64,000 bases of DNA from an uncultured Thermoplasmata archaeon (GTDB taxonomy: Archaea; Thermoplasmatota; Thermoplasmata; Lutacidiplasmatales; UBA184): NCBI GenBank assembly GCA_963715645.1, contig OY970259.1:815889-879888 (forward strand), read 5' to 3'. The notes below the pieces were generated by a model. That model ran no database searches. It was not told where the DNA came from and saw only the letters and a program-made list of their open reading frames with translations. A program made the translations under genes and the position numbers. Shown here in pieces: positions 1 through 10,639 of the stretch. The first letter of the stretch is position 1. Every line of letters starts with the position of its first letter.

Positions 1-159
1 CACCGCAGGCGCGCCGGCGTCGGGGGCAGCCCCCACGCCCGCCGTGGAGGCCGCTGCCCCCCCAGTCTCGAACCCGTGGGGGGTCGAAGTGGTCGTCTCC
101 CCCTCGTACCTCCCCGCCCCTTCGGGAGTTCTTGGACATGACGGCGGCCGGGCATCGGG

Positions 160-513
160 GTGTGGCGATGGTCACGGGAGTCGCCCGAGCGACTTCGGAC
201 CCACATCGGCCCGCGCCCTGCGGAGGTATACTGGCTCACCAACCTCGGCCGCGGCCTCACGATCAAGCCCAACGACCTACCGGCCTACGGTGCATTTCTC
301 GAGGCTTCGGTGGAACGGGACCGGGTCACCGCGTTCTTCCTGGAGGGGATCGAGTACCTCGTGCGACTCCATGGGATCGACCGGATGGTCGAACTCCTTG
401 CGGCGTTCCATCGGCAGGCCGTGGCCCACGAGGCTCGGGTATGGGTCTGCGTGCACCCGAACCTGATGGCCCCCGCCGACGTGGAGCGGCTCGTCGGAGC
501 ATTCGCCCATTAG
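160..513 (+). CDS. DUF835-like domain protein, probably a C-terminal fragment
   Basis: Translation WLTNLGRGLTIKPNDLP...FFLEGIEYLVRLHGIDRMVELLAAF...VHPNLMAPADVERL fits the DUF835 pattern as I recall it (WLT, LEGIEYL). In-frame stop at 131-133. N-terminal part probably lies upstream of the window or in another frame. Confidence 0.45.
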   Translation: MWRWSRESPERLRTHIGPRPAEVYWLTNLGRGLTIKPNDLPAYGAFLEASVERDRVTAFFLEGIEYLVRLHGIDRMVELLAAFHRQAVAHEARVWVCVHPNLMAPADVERLVGAFAH

Positions 514-999
514 CTGGGCCGCCGGGGAGACCGCCCCAGCTCGTGGAAGGGGGCGGAAAGGGTTGCCGGTCGAAGACGGGGAACGACGCCACGGGTAACT
601 TCCCACGACTGCCACTTCCGGCGGATCGCGACCACGAGGTTGCGCAGCATCGTGCCTCCCGAGGGCGCCCGAGGCCGGGGGCTCCTCGAAGGCGATTGCC
701 GAGGCGGGCGCGGTTCCTCGGGTCTCCGCAACGACGGTGACCGCCATGATCGACCGGGGCTGGGGGTCGCGGGCACCGGGTGGAATCGGAGCCCGCGCAC
801 AGGGTTCGCGCCGCGGCCCCGGATCAGCCGCCGGCGGCTGGTCGCCCTTCCGGGGGGGTCCTCCGCCCCGGGGGGAACGCGAGTCCGCAGGTTGAAGTCC
901 TCCGGCGGGGATGCTGCGCACATCGTGGTGGCCTCCGGCGAGCCTCCAATCCCGGGACCCGCCGCCTCCCCCCCTGGGGCCCGGACGACCGGTGTTGTC

Positions 1000-2118
1000 G
1001 CGGGCTTTCTCGGGTTTCTGCGGCGTCATCCGATTGTTTGCCTCGCCCTCCTGACCCCTGGGATCGTCGAGTATCTTTCCACCTCTAGCTCGATTCTGCT
1101 CCTCGTGGAATCCCCTCCGTTCTTCCTCCTCTTCCTCGCGGTGAACGTGGGCCAGTACACTGGGGGGGCGCTGCTCATTCGGGAGGCGATGATCCGATGG
1201 GGCAAGGGGTGGGCGAGCGTGGGCCTGCTCGGGCTCGCCTACGGGATCACCGAGGAAGGTTTGGGGGACAACACGTTGTTCCGCAACACCCAGCATGCCG
1301 ACGGCGTGCTCGGCTGGTACGGTCACTTCGTGGGGGTGAACTGGGTCTGGTCGGTCGGTGTTCTCTCCCTCCACGTGATCGTCTCCATCGCCCTGCCCAT
1401 CCTCCTCCTCGCTCTCGCCCTGCCCAAGACCCGCGGCCGCTCGTTGCTCGGGCCCCGGGGGGTCGTCCTCGCGTTCCTTTCGCTGGCCGGGGCGACCGTG
1501 TTCGAGACGTTCGTAGTGTTCCGACTCTATCACTTCTGGATGGGGTCAGCGCTGCTCGTCGGAAGCCTGGTGGCGATCGCTGCGCTCGTGGTCGCCGCGT
1601 ACCGTCTCCCATCCGATCTGGGGGCTCCGGACCGTCCCGCCCCCGCCGCAGGAGCCTCCGAGATGTTTGCCGTCGGATTCGTGTTCTTCGGGATCGCCCT
1701 CGTCCTCGAGTACGGCTCCGCCGCCTACGGGGTCCCGCCCGCCCTCGCGATCGCGGTCGAACTCGTCCTGCTCGCCAGCCTGGCCGCGTGGACGCGCCGG
1801 CGGATTGGGCGCACACGCAACGAGTACCTGCTCGTGAACCTCGCCTTCGGGTTCGTGATGTGGGAGGGTGCCTTCGGCGTACTGATCACGCTTGGGCTCC
1901 CGGTACACCCTCCCCTTGGTTGCGCTCGCGATCGTCTTCTTCTTGCGACTCCGACGCCAGTATCTTCCCTCTCCCGCAGAGGTCGCACCGCCTCCCCCCG
2001 GCGCGAGGGGCGAGCGAGGCTCGGTCGGCCAACCAGGGTGGGCGTCGAACCCACCGGTGTGAGACGCGAGCAGCCGAGCGAGCCGATTCGGCCGTCGGCA
2101 CCTTGGCCGGGCTTCTAG
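1000..2118 (+). CDS. polytopic integral membrane protein, function unknown
   Basis: Long ORF. From about nt 1000 the translation shows repeated hydrophobic helices (LLFLAVNVGQY..., VLSLHVIVSIALPILLLALAL, FAVGFVFFGIALVLEY). No ATG; start uncertain, probably GTG/TTG. The upstream 640-1000 part of the ORF looks like a spurious GC-rich extension. Confidence 0.4.
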   Translation, partial: AGFLGFLRRHPIVCLALLTPGIVEYLSTSSSILLLVESPPFFLLFLAVNVGQYTGGALLIREAMIRWGKGWASVGLLGLAYGITEEGLGDNTLFRNTQHADGVLGWYGHFVGVNWVWSVGVLSLHVIVSIALPILLLALALPKTRGRSLLGPRGVVLAFLSLAGATVFETFVVFRLYHFWMGSALLVGSLVAIAALVVAAYRLPSDLGAPDRPAPAAGASEMFAVGFVFFGIALVLEYGSAAYGVPPALAIAVELVLLASLAAWTRRRIGRTRNEYLLVNLAFGFVMWEGAFGVLITLGLPVHPPLGCARDRLLLATPTPVSSLSRRGRTASPRREGRARLGRPTRVGVEPTGVRREQPSEPIRPSAPWPGF

Positions 2119-2229
2119 GATGGCCTGCGTGCCGGGACTCCGGTACGAGCCTGCTTCCGGCCCAGGGTGAGGGAAGCCGGGCGCAGCAGCCCTCGCTCAT
2201 CGGCCGAATGCGGGGACTTCTCAGCGAGC

Positions 2230-4342
2230 TCAGGGCACGATTGGTTCGGGCACTCGCCCGTCCGGAAGGAGGGGAAGCGACCGCAGGCGACAGCCGGTGG
2301 CATCGAAGATCGCATTGGCCACCGCCGGCGCCACGGCGATGACTGGTGTCTCTCCCGCCCCGGCCGGGGGCAGGTCATTCCGGTCGACCAGCTCCACCTC
2401 CAAGGTCGGCAGATCGGAGAATCGCGGTACGCGGTACTCCGACAGCCGTGGGTTTTGGACGACCCCCGCGTCGAACCGGACCGCTTCGAAGAGCGCTCCC
2501 CCGAGCGCCATCATCGCGGCGCCCTCCACCTGGCTGCGGAGGTTGTCGGGGTTTACCACGGCCCCCGCCTCGAACGCCGTCACCAGGCGGTCGACGTGCA
2601 GCCGACGATCGTCCTCGACGCTGACCTCGGCGATGGTGGCGACGCGGCTCCCCTTCTCGAAGCCCACGGCGAGGCCGAACCCCGTACCGGGCCGGGGCGT
2701 CCGGGAGGCCCAGCCGGCCCGGAGGGCCGCCCGGCGCAGCACCACCTTGAGACGCTCGTCCTCGAGGTTCAGCTCCCGGAGGGCCAGGGGATCCAGGCCG
2801 ACCCTGTGGGCGAGTTCGTCCATGACAGATTCGCGAGCAAAGTTGTTGGCGGTCGCTGCGAGCGCCCGGTAGGGGCCCTGGGGGAGCGGAGAGCGAGAGA
2901 GCTCGTTGTCGACCCGTTGGTGGGCGACCCGGTACGGTGGCAGCAACGCCGCGGCTCCGCCATTCACGTTGTGGAAGACCCAGGCCTCGAGCTGGCCGTC
3001 CGCCGCAGCGCCCAACCGCACGTCGATGACCGACATGGGCCGGAGATAGGCGTAGCGGAACTCTTCTTCTCGGGTGAACGCGACCCGAACCGGCCGTCCG
3101 GCCGCGCGGGCCAGGCGGGCAGCGGCCGAGGAGATCTCCCCGCCATGTTTTCCCCCGAATCCGGCCCCGGTCGGGGGGACGATCACGCGAATGTCCTCCA
3201 CCGGCACGTGGAGGTCCTCGGCGACTTGGTCGCGGGTCCGAAACGGAGTCTGGGTCCCCACCCACACGGTGAGACGAGAGGCCTCCCATTCGGCGAGCGC
3301 GCAGTGAGGCTCGAGGGGGATGTGGGCGATGTAGGCGGTTCGGAAGGTGGCTTCCAAGGACACGCATGCATGGGAGAGGGCCGCGTCGGCGTCCCCCACG
3401 ATGCTCTCGTCGGTGTCCCACGCGTCTCCCTCGAGCGGGTGGGATTGCAGGTATCCCTCGATCTCCTTCTCGGCCGGCTGGGGAACGGGCATCCACTTCG
3501 CCAGGACCTCTGCGAGGGCCGCCCGTGCCTCGGGCGCGCTGGCGGCGGCGACGCCGACGAAGTCGCCCTCGTGCACGACCGTTACTCCCGGTCGGTCCCG
3601 GGCCGCTTCGAGGTCGACGTCGACGAGGCGGGCCCCGTAGGTCGGCGGCCAGAGGACCACTCCGTGAAGCATGTTCGGGCGGCGGAGGTCCGAAACGTAG
3701 ACCCGCCGACCCGTGACGACATCCGGGGCCCCGAGGTCCCCCGTGGCGCGCCCGGAGCGTTCCCATCGGGATGCCAGCATGGTCGGGGTCTCGGGGTCCA
3801 CCATCTCGAGCCGGTTGCGGTCTCGTACGAGCTCGGAGTAGCTCACTCCCCGGGGAGCGCCGCGCACGCGGACCGTGCCGTCGATCGCTTCCAGCTCGTC
3901 CCGCGGTCGACGGCTCTGCTGGCTGGCGAGAGAGATGAGGCATTCGCGGGCGCCGGCGGCCGCCCGTGCGAGCGCAGGAAAAGCATCGGGCATCGAGCGG
4001 CTGCCGAAGGTCCCCATGTCCCACGGACAAAGGTCGGTGTCGGCCATCACCAGGTCGACCCGCGGGACCGGAAACGCGCAGCTCCTCCGCGACGACCAGG
4101 GTGAGGGCAGTGCGGGTACCTTGGCCGACTTCCGCCTTTCCGGTGAACGCGCGGATCCCCCCGTCCGCCCCGACGTGGACCCAGGCCCCACCGGTCGGAG
4201 GACGCCACTCCGACGCACCAGGAGTTCGGGGGGTTCGAGGGAGGAGCACGGCGACGAGGCCCGGACCAAGGATGTCGAAATACTCGCGGTCCGCGACCGC
4301 CGTCTTGTCCCACGGAAGACGCGGGCGGCGGAGCTCGGTCAT
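2230..4342 (-). CDS. molybdopterin-binding large subunit of a xanthine dehydrogenase/CO dehydrogenase-family enzyme (IorB/CoxL-like); frameshifted
   Basis: N-terminal segment in one frame (MTELRRPRLPWDK...GIRAFTGKAEVGQGTRTALTLVVAEELRV). The rest is in another frame (VMADTDLCPWDMGTFGSRS...GFGGKHGG...ETPVIAVAPAVANAIFDATG). +1 shift at an AAA/TTT run near 4062-4064. ATG at 4342..4340 overlaps the stop of the upstream small subunit (ATGA). Confidence 0.8.
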
Positions 4343-4827
4343 GCTTCCCCCCCCTTCCCTCGTGTAAGCTCCGCCGCGCGCTGGACGGCGGCAAGGATAC
4401 GGGCGTACCCCCCACACCGACAGACGTTCCCTTCCAGCGCGGCACAGACCTCTTGCCGCAAGGGAGCAGGGCGGCTCCGGAGCAAGGCGGTCGCAGCGAC
4501 GACCATGCCGGGGGTGCAGTACCCGCACTGGAAGGCCCCCAGATCGACGAACGCCTGCTGGACTGGGTTCAGCACACCGTCCGTCTCGAGACCCTCGACG
4601 GTCGTGACCTCGCGAGGCCCGACCTCTCGCACCCGCACTTGGCAGGCGCGAACCGGTGCGCCGTCGAGGAGGACCGTGCACGAACCGCACTCGCCCTCCC
4701 CGCACCCGTACTTGGTCCCCGTCAGCCCGAGCTCGTTGCGAAGCACCACGAGGAGAGGGCGGTCGGGGTCGCGGGGCACGGCCCGGAGGCTCCCGTTGAC
4801 CTTCAACCGGATATTCGAAGGGGTCAT
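4339..4827 (-). CDS. [2Fe-2S]-binding small subunit of the molybdoenzyme (CoxS/IorA-like)
   Basis: CGEGECGSCTV and QCGYCTPGM iron-sulfur motifs. 162 aa. Confidence 0.85.
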   Translation of the reverse strand: MTPSNIRLKVNGSLRAVPRDPDRPLLVVLRNELGLTGTKYGCGEGECGSCTVLLDGAPVRACQVRVREVGPREVTTVEGLETDGVLNPVQQAFVDLGAFQCGYCTPGMVVAATALLRSRPAPLRQEVCAALEGNVCRCGGYARILAAVQRAAELTRGKGGEA

Positions 4828-5028
4828 GCCGGAACCACCCGCCCGAGCGCCCGTTGGACCTCAGGCCACAGATGCGGGCGTCTCACGACCGGAGGCATGG
4901 GCTTCGCGGGCGGGGTCTCGGAGCCTTCAACCGCTCATATCCTGCGCCCCGAAGGCGGGTCGCACTCCCCTCTGCTCCGGGCGAGAGCGGGTGCGCCGCG
5001 TCCTCTCGACGCGGTCCCCCCAACGACC

Positions 5029-7042
5029 CTAGCCCGGGAGCGGAAGGGGGGTGCCTCCCAGGCTAGCCAGGAGGGCATCCGCTGTCCGCCACGCGAGCGC
5101 CAGGATCGACATCATGGGGTTCGCTCCCGGCGCGGAGGGGAGCAGGCTCCCGTCACCGATCCAGAGCCCCTCCACCCCATGGACCTCACCCGTCGGCCGG
5201 GCCGCCGAGCGGCGAAGGTCGGTACCCGCTCTCGCAGAACCCATCGGGTGCGCCGAGAAGAGCGCCACCGAGTTCTCTCGTATCCCCCGCGCTTGCAGTT
5301 CCGCGATGAACGCGTCCAGTCCCGCGGACGAAACCGGCTGCGTGCCGTCCCCCGCCTCGATCTGGGGAGTGTGGAGCGACGTGATCCGGACGGCGCCGGC
5401 CGCCCGAAGAATCCGGGCGGTCTCGACCATCCCGCGGACGAGGTTCTGCCGGTCCCGGCGTGTCAGGGCGTAGTGGAAGGCCGGCCGTCCGTCCCGGTCG
5501 ATCGTCACGCACCCCTCGCCGACGTCCCGCACGAGGACGATTGGCGTCGAGACCCGCTCGATCCGCTCCAGCTGGTGTCGATAGGCGTCCGCCCCCTCCC
5601 AGGGAAGGGCGATGGCGGCGAGGCCCGGATGCGACGGGGCCACCTCGATCCAGGGACCGTGGGCGCCTTCGTCCGTCGGTCTGGAACCGGTAGACGCCTA
5701 CCGTCTGGTGCGGTCCCTCCCAGGTGCGCACCGAGAACGGAAACTCGCCGGCGAGCGCGGTCGTCGGGTCGAGGCGCAACCCGACCCCGACCCCGGGGAA
5801 TCGGATCCCCGAGCGGAGCAACAGCGCCGGGGTCTGCAGCGCTCCTCCCGCCACGACCACCGCCCGCGCCCGCACGTGAACCCGGTGCCTTCGCATCCCG
5901 TCATGGTAGGTCGCATGCACCCCGCGGACCCGACCCTCTTCGACCTCGATACCCTCCGCCCGGGTGGACGCGTAGAGTCTCGCTCCCTGAGCGAGAGCAT
6001 CGGCGAGGAACGTCGTGAGCGTCGACTGCCGGGCCGCGTAGGGGCAGCCGAAGGTGCAGAAGCCGCAGCGAGAACGGCAGCCTACGGCGTTGCGCGCGAG
6101 GATGTCCCAATCGACCCCTTTCTGGTAACCCAGGGCCAGGCAGCCCCGTCGAAGGACATCGTTCGAGACGTTGACGTCGCTCTCCAGCGTGGAGACCCGG
6201 AGGCGGTCGGAGACCTGACGGAACGCCCGATTCGAAATCGGGTCCATCGACCCCGACCATCCCGCCGTCCCCCGCCCACTCAGCGCGGGCTTCGGGGCGG
6301 GGAGGCAAACAGGTCATCCAGTTGATCGCGGTGCCGCCTCCGACCGTCTCCCCGGCGAGGATCCCTATCGAGTGTTCCGTGTTCGTGATGATCCCCCGCC
6401 CCACGAAGAGTCGGTCGTGGGCCTCGCGTTCTATCCGGGGATAGCCCAGCCGGGGGACCCACTCCCCCGCCTCAAGCACCACCACCCGATAGCCCCCCGC
6501 GGCGGCGCGGGCCGCCACTACGCTCCCGCCGGCTCCGCTGCCGACCACGCAGACGTCCGCGACATCCTCGGTGTCAGCCTCGGGTCGAACGGGACGGACT
6601 CCCGCGAGCGGGTCCGGGGGGTCTTCCGGCAGCGGAGGAGGCTGGTAGTGGAGACGCTCCCACAGGGGGTGCGACGTGCCCGCCGTGGGTCGAGAGAAGT
6701 AGATCCCCCCGCTAGGCGTTTGACTGCGTGGAATCCCTTACGTTTGACCCCGAGTCGACTGCGGGACCACGCCCGCAGATACCTTTCTCGTTCGGCGGGC
6801 TCCAGCCGCGTGAAGCGGACCGGACGACCCGAGAGCAAGAAGTTAATCGCCCGACTCTCCACCGCCCCGAGCAGGGTATCGAATTCGGCGCGTTCGGCCC
6901 CGGGTAGTCCCTCCACCATCTCGGCGACGTCCCGGTCCACACCTACCGTGCTGGCCGCAGGATAGTCACTGGCGCCGTTCTGGGCGCTTGCCCGGGGGAG
7001 GAGCGTATCGACCAAGGCCGTGAGCGCCGGTGCAATCGGCAC
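5029..7042 (-). CDS. GMC-family FAD oxidoreductase with N-terminal gluconate 2-dehydrogenase subunit-3-like domain; three frameshifts
   Basis: Four consecutive minus-strand ORF pieces (6518-7042, 5901-6548, 5186-6247, 5029-5643) tile one protein. N-terminal TLL..AERE.YLRAWS..RLGV.RKGF domain; GSGAGG FAD motif; GMC C-terminal HPMGSARAG...GVEGLWIGDGSLLPSAPGANP. Confidence 0.75.
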
Positions 7043-7179
7043 GACCGGCCCGAGGTCCAGGTCCTATTTCGGCCCCTCGGTCCTCCGTCCCAGGCGGCGC
7101 AGACGGAGTCTCACCCGCGAACCGGGGCCCCGGGCGGCGGTCGTCGAGCGAGGAGGGTCGAGACAGAGGCATTTAGGGA

Positions 7180-8887
7180 GTGGCGTCCCCTGATATTCCC
7201 GAACCTCCGATGTCCGTCCGACGTTTCGACCTCCGCGCCCCCGCCTGGTTCCGACGAGTCGTCTTCTACGAGCTTCCCGTCCGCACCTTCCGCGACAGCA
7301 ACGGGGACGGGATTGGCGACCTGCCCGGGGTTGTGGAGAAGCTCGACTACCTTCGCGATCTCGGGATCGGGGCGATCTGGCTCCTTCCGTTCTATCAGTC
7401 ACCCTGGCGGGACGACGGGTACGACATCAGCGATCATTACACGGTCGACCCCCGCCTCGGGACGGTCGAGGACCTCAACGTGCTGGTCGAGGGAGCCCAC
7501 GCCCGGGGGATGCGGGTGATCGGGGACCTCGTCTCGAATCACGTGTCCGACCAGCATCCGTGGTTCCAGGAAGCCCGGCGGGACCGAAGCTCTCCTCGTC
7601 GCGCCTGGTTCCTCTGGTCCGACACCGGGAAGGAGTTCTCACGGGCCCGCAACATGTTCCCGGGGGCTGTCGCGTCGAATTGGACCTGGGACGACCTCGC
7701 CGGCCAGGTACTATTTCCACCGATTCTTCTCGTGGCAGCCTGACCTCAATTACGACGCCCCGGCCGTGCGCGCGGAGATCGTCAATGTGGCTCGCTTTTG
7801 GCTCGCGCGCGGGCTCGACGGCTTCCGGTGCGACGCCGTGCCGTATCTCGTAAAACGGGAGGGTACAGCGTGCCAGAGTCTCCCCGAGGTGCACCACTTC
7901 TTCCAGGAGATTCGGGCGATGATGGACGCCGAGTTTCCGGGCACCGTCCTCGTCGCCGAGGCGAACCAGTCGGTTCCCGAGACGGTCGCCTACTTCGACC
8001 AGGGGCGGGAGTTCCACATGGCGATGCATTTTCCGATGATGCCGAACTTCTTCCTCGCCCTCGCGGAGAACAACCCCCGTCGCGTCCTCGACGTCCTTCG
8101 GGCCACCCTTCCCGGGGTCCCCCCGGAATGCGGCTGGGCGTACTTCCTGAGGAACCATGACGAGCTCACGCTCGACCGGGTGAGCGAGGAGGAGCGCGCG
8201 CTCTTCCTGCGCTTCTACGATCCGGGGCGCGGCTGGGAAATCTACGCGGGTCTCCGCCGGCGACTCGCTCCGCTCGTCGGCGGGGACGACGAATCGGTCC
8301 TCCTGCTTACGGCGCTCATCCTCGCGCTGCCCGGGTCCCCCTATCTCTACTACGGCGACGAGATTGGCATGGGCGATCGCCTGGACCTGCCCGACCGCGA
8401 TCCGGTCCGCACCCCGATGCAGTGGACCGATGGTCCCACCGCCGGATTCTCGGACGGCCTCCCGGAGACCCTGACCCGGCCGCTCGTGAACGACCCCGCG
8501 TTCGCGCCGGCCGCTCGGAACGTCGCGGAGCAGGAAGGTCGCATCGGCTCGCTGCTCGCGCGGATGCGGATGTTGCTCCGCGAACGAGGCGCCCACGCGA
8601 CCATCTTTGGTTTGGAGCGCTTCACGGGGATCGACCTCGGGAGGTCTCCGGTCCTCGGCTTCTGGAGACCGGGCGGCGAGTACCAGGTTCTCTGCCTCTA
8701 CAATTTTTCCGAGGAGCCCACCTCCGGGGAGATCCCCCTCCCTCCCTCGGTGTGGGCATCTCCGGTCGAGCTCATCCGAGGGGGTTCGATGTCCACGCTC
8801 GATGACGAAGTGTACCGTTTCCGTCTCGCCCGTCGCGGGTTCTCCTGGACGCTATTCCCCGTCCGGTCTACGCCAGTCCCTGCGTGA
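7180..8887 (+). CDS. treS: trehalose synthase / maltose alpha-D-glucosyltransferase (GH13); frameshifted
   Basis: WFRRVVFYELPVRTFRDSNGDGIGD...AIWLLPFYQSPWRDDGYDISD...HPWFQE. After a 1-nt insertion near 7707-7710 it continues FWLARGLDGFRCDAVPYL...VLVAEANQ...YLYYGDEIGMGD. Confidence 0.8.
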
Positions 8888-8959
8888 CCCCGCCCTCGGA
8901 GCGCGAATCGTCGCAGGTCGACCGGACGTACCCTCAGGTCGGACCGAGGGGAGGACCGG

Positions 8960-9712
8960 TTAGAGTGGGACGCGCCCCAAGATCTTGGAGCCGTTCTCGT
9001 AGCCGAGGACCTCGAACCCATAACCGGTCCCGGCGAGCGAAGGGTTGGTGACGAGGGTCAGGATGGAGCCGTTCTGGATCCCAATATTCCACGAGGTATT
9101 GGTGACGGACTTCCACAGCTGGGCGTAGGTATACGTGACGAGATTGGTGCCGTTCGGGTCGGCGAGAACTGCGTACCAACGTGCCGATGTGCTTGGGGCG
9201 GCCCCGGCGCACAGGTCGGAAGGGGTCGCGCTCGGGACTACGCCAGCGTCGCCGACGACGTCCCCGTCCCCGATCTGATAGACGCTCACATCTACGTCCG
9301 CCGTGGTGACCGGGAGCGTGGAACTCGACCAGGGGATGCGTTCGGCGTACGCAGTTCCGCCACCCCCGCACGCGAGCGAGGTCACCGTCGGGGTGCCAAA
9401 ACTGACAGAGATGGGCGGGCCGTACGCCTGGCCCGGGGGCGCCGAGCTCGCTGGGGGCGTCGGTCGAGCGGTCGCGATCACGTAGACCGCCAGGAGGAGG
9501 ACCGCGACCGCGATGGCCTCCACGACCAGGTCCGTTCGGGCCTTCCGTCGCTCGGCACGGTCCCGCCGGAGCGCGCTCGCGCGACCGCGCGACGAGGCCG
9601 ACCGGGTCGATGCGGCCGGCCGTGACACGCCGGCGGAACCGTCGGGATCCTTCCCCGGGAGCGAACCGGCAGCTCGTGATCCGGGTGGCTGAGGTCCCGC
9701 CGGCTCCGTCAT
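8960..9712 (-). CDS. hypothetical membrane-anchored extracytoplasmic protein (last gene of the ABC-2 transporter operon)
   Basis: ATG at 9712 overlaps the ABC ATPase stop (ATGA). Hydrophilic N-terminus, one TM helix (LVVEAIAVAVLLLAVYVIATA), then an S/T/N-rich extracellular domain. Confidence 0.55.
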   Translation of the reverse strand: MTEPAGPQPPGSRAAGSLPGKDPDGSAGVSRPAASTRSASSRGRASALRRDRAERRKARTDLVVEAIAVAVLLLAVYVIATARPTPPASSAPPGQAYGPPISVSFGTPTVTSLACGGGGTAYAERIPWSSSTLPVTTADVDVSVYQIGDGDVVGDAGVVPSATPSDLCAGAAPSTSARWYAVLADPNGTNLVTYTYAQLWKSVTNTSWNIGIQNGSILTLVTNPSLAGTGYGFEVLGYENGSKILGRVPL

Positions 9713-10638
9713 GAGGCATCGGCGGTGTTCGGGAACAGCTCGAGGTACGCCTCCTCGAGCACCAGGGAGGTGCTGGCGAACTGGAGCACCGGGGCGACCC
9801 CCTGGCATAACTGGAGGAGGCGGCTTCGGGTTTCCTCGCTCCCGTCGAACGAGAGCCGCCAGCGGGTCCCGGAGATCACGGTTACGTCGGTTGCGGGAGG
9901 GCGGAGCCTGGCCGTGGCGTCGGGCGCGACGGGTCGGGCGAATTCGACGTCCACCTGTCGGGAGCGGATCCTGCCGGCAACGCGGTCGACCCGGTCCCTG
10001 AGAAGGACCTTGCCCTCGTGGAGGAAGACCAGCTCGTCGCACACCTCCGTGACCTCGAGCATCTGGTGGGAGCTCATGAGGATAAGGTGGTCTCGCTTGA
10101 GCCGGTTCAGCAGGCCCCGCACGGTAACGCGCTCGGCAGGGTCTAGGCCGCTGGTCGGCTCATCGAGCAGCAGCACCGAGGGGTCCCCCATCAGCGCGGA
10201 GGCGATGGCGACGCGCTGCCGTTGACCCTTGGAGAGCCAACCGATCCGGTGATCAAGGGGCGGCAGGTCGAGGAGCTCGTGGCAGCGGTCCACCTCTCGG
10301 TCCACGTCCTCGGTGGAAAGGCCTCGGGAACGCCCGACGGTGTCCAGGGCCTCATGGACATTGAGGGTGGGGTACGGCTCGGGCGTTTCGATCAGCGCCC
10401 CCACGTCCCACAGCGCTCCTTTCCGGTCGACCATCGGGTCGATCTCGTTCAGGAAGGCATGTCCTCGGGTCGGTCGAAGGAGACCGACGAGGAGCTTCAG
10501 CGTCGTGGTCTTCCCCGCGCCGTTCGGACCGAGGCATCCGATGGCCCCCGCGTCGTCGTAACGGAACGTGAGGTCGGTCAGGATCGGCGCACCGGCCCGG
10601 AACGACTTCGACAGCGCGGAGACCTCGAAGGAGCTCAT
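9709..10638 (-). CDS. ABC transporter ATP-binding protein (ABC-2 exporter type)
   Basis: Walker A GPNGAGKTT, signature LSKGQRQRV, Walker B LLLDEPTSGLD. Confidence 0.9.
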   Translation of the reverse strand: MSSFEVSALSKSFRAGAPILTDLTFRYDDAGAIGCLGPNGAGKTTTLKLLVGLLRPTRGHAFLNEIDPMVDRKGALWDVGALIETPEPYPTLNVHEALDTVGRSRGLSTEDVDREVDRCHELLDLPPLDHRIGWLSKGQRQRVAIASALMGDPSVLLLDEPTSGLDPAERVTVRGLLNRLKRDHLILMSSHQMLEVTEVCDELVFLHEGKVLLRDRVDRVAGRIRSRQVDVEFARPVAPDATARLRPPATDVTVISGTRWRLSFDGSEETRSRLLQLCQGVAPVLQFASTSLVLEEAYLELFPNTADAS

Positions 10639-10639
10639 G

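Noticed and set aside
277-1533. 418-aa minus-strand ORF and other long Arg/Pro/Gly-rich ORFs throughout (e.g. 2375-4705, 16759-17790, 18217-19662, 22592-23851, 25682-27943 tail)
   Set aside because: Low-complexity GC-driven translations overlapping real genes in other frames, with no domain signatures. Expected frequency of long stop-free frames is high at 68% GC.
2020-2095. tRNA-like T-arm motif (minus strand GGTGGGTTCGACGCCCACC) inside the 3' end of the membrane-protein ORF
   Set aside because: No matching acceptor stem, D-arm or anticodon arm could be built around it. The loop TTCGACG is only a loose T-loop match. It lies inside a coding frame.
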